64,000 bases of DNA from Eubacteriales bacterium (GTDB taxonomy: Bacteria > Bacillota > Clostridia > Oscillospirales > CAG-272). Below the pieces are notes generated by a model. The model was not told the origin of the DNA. It was given only the letters and a program-made list of their open reading frames with translations, and ran no database searches. A program made the translations under genes and the position numbers. The stretch is from NCBI GenBank assembly GCA_045659905.1, contig JAZRCT010000020.1:194-64193 (forward strand), written 5' to 3'. Positions 63,480 through 64,000 of the stretch are shown here, piece after piece. Position 1 is the stretch's first letter; every line of letters starts with the position of its first letter.

Positions 63480-63528
63480 GAGTATTTTCAAAAAAAGTAG
63501 AACAATAGTGAAAAAAGTAACCGAAGCC

Positions 63529-64000
63529 CTATTCTTCTGCGCTCTCCTCGCCCTCGTCGTCTGCCTTCGAGCCCTTCTTTGACTTAGGCACTCTCAGCAC
63601 CTTAAGGTCCTTTACCTTATATATTCTCGGCGCATCCTTTTCGTTTTCGTTAAGGCGTACCTTTACCTCACCCGCCAAGGGCTTCATTTCGATAACAGTA
63701 CCCTCGCCGTCTGCCGAAAGCACGGTAGAGCCGACGGGCGGAGTGACCTTAATAGCGTCCTCGTAGGTTTCGTGCTCGTAGCGAAGACAGCACATAAGTC
63801 TGCCGCAAGCGCCCGACACCTTAGAGGAATTGAGAGAGAAATTCTGCTCCTTCGCCATCTTTATAGATACCTGCACGAAATCCGAGAGGAAACCTGCGCA
63901 GCAGTATTTTCTTCCGCATACTCCGATTCCGCCCATCATCTTGGTCTCGTCACGGATTCCTATCTGGCGAAGCTCTATTCTGGTACGGAAGGTAGCGGCG
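63529..64000 (-). CDS. ricT: PSP1-domain protein RicT/YaaT (5' end beyond the window)
   Basis: ...TRIELRQIGIRDETKMMGGIGVCGRKYCCAGFL...CGRLMCCLRYE, the PSP1 C-terminal signature. The frame stays open to the window edge. Confidence 0.85.
   Translation of the reverse strand, partial: AATFRTRIELRQIGIRDETKMMGGIGVCGRKYCCAGFLSDFVQVSIKMAKEQNFSLNSSKVSGACGRLMCCLRYEHETYEDAIKVTPPVGSTVLSADGEGTVIEMKPLAGEVKVRLNENEKDAPRIYKVKDLKVLRVPKSKKGSKADDEGEESAEE

Noticed and set aside
63462-63481. Rex-like half-site (TTCACAA on the minus strand) overlapping the ferredoxin -35.
   Set aside because: Only the right half matches. The left half has 3 of 7 matches to TTGTGAA/TTGTTAA, which is not enough to call a site.
1-64000. 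Scan for CRISPR arrays, IS elements or transposases, integrases, phage genes, toxin-antitoxin pairs, restriction-modification or other defence genes, and tRNA or rRNA genes.
   Set aside because: None found. There are no regularly spaced direct repeats, no ORFs with DDE, tyrosine or serine recombinase motifs, no cloverleaf-like tRNA candidates in the intergenic regions, and no abrupt compositional shift that I could see by eye.

Overview
This is a 64-kb chromosomal window from a roughly 50% GC, spore-forming Firmicute. It is probably Clostridia and looks Oscillospiraceae/Ruminococcaceae-like, but I cannot verify the taxon without a search. I count about 56 protein genes. I found no rRNA or tRNA genes, no CRISPR array, no IS, phage or integrase genes, and no recognisable transcription-factor gene.

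Content, left to right:
- rpmB, a membrane protein, and rpsB-tsf.
- An orphan hypothetical gene, a CotF-like coat protein, a CapD-like sugar dehydratase and ppa.
- A 5-gene oligopeptide ABC operon (oppBCDFA, minus strand).
- A threonine-aldolase-like PLP enzyme and an aldo/keto reductase with an Fe-S tail.
- rnfCDGEAB, followed without a break by a flavin-trafficking module: a NusG-II protein, a Gx transporter, a two-repeat FMN_bind-like protein and ApbE.
- A 13.4-kb carbohydrate cluster with no functional assignment. It holds a 1175-aa solute-binding protein, two separate permease pairs, an NHL-TPR-Yip1 membrane protein and a 1209-aa DUF5696-like protein. It has no ATPase and no regulator.
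- livJHMGF.
- An 8-gene aromatic amino-acid super-operon (pheA-aroB-aroC-aroE/K-aroQ-aroA-tyrA-DAHP synthase, minus strand).
- A 1597-aa MBG/Listeria-Bacteroides-repeat surface protein whose cytoplasmic tail resembles the C-terminal half of ribosomal protein uL15.
- An ECF S-component, an RluA-family synthase, AlaX, dCMP deaminase, a radical-SAM protein, rsmI, trmN6, a 56-aa ferredoxin that the ORF track missed, and the 3' part of ricT/yaaT.

Many near-consensus sigma-A promoters (TTGACA-17-TATAAT, often with a TGn extension) are visible. I used them to correct several ORF-track start codons.

The best candidates for new biology are the uL15-like tail on the giant surface protein, the SBP/Yip1/DUF5696 carbohydrate cluster, and the variant (TAGCT) two-domain flavinylation substrate next to ApbE.

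All family assignments come from reading motifs by eye. No database search was run.
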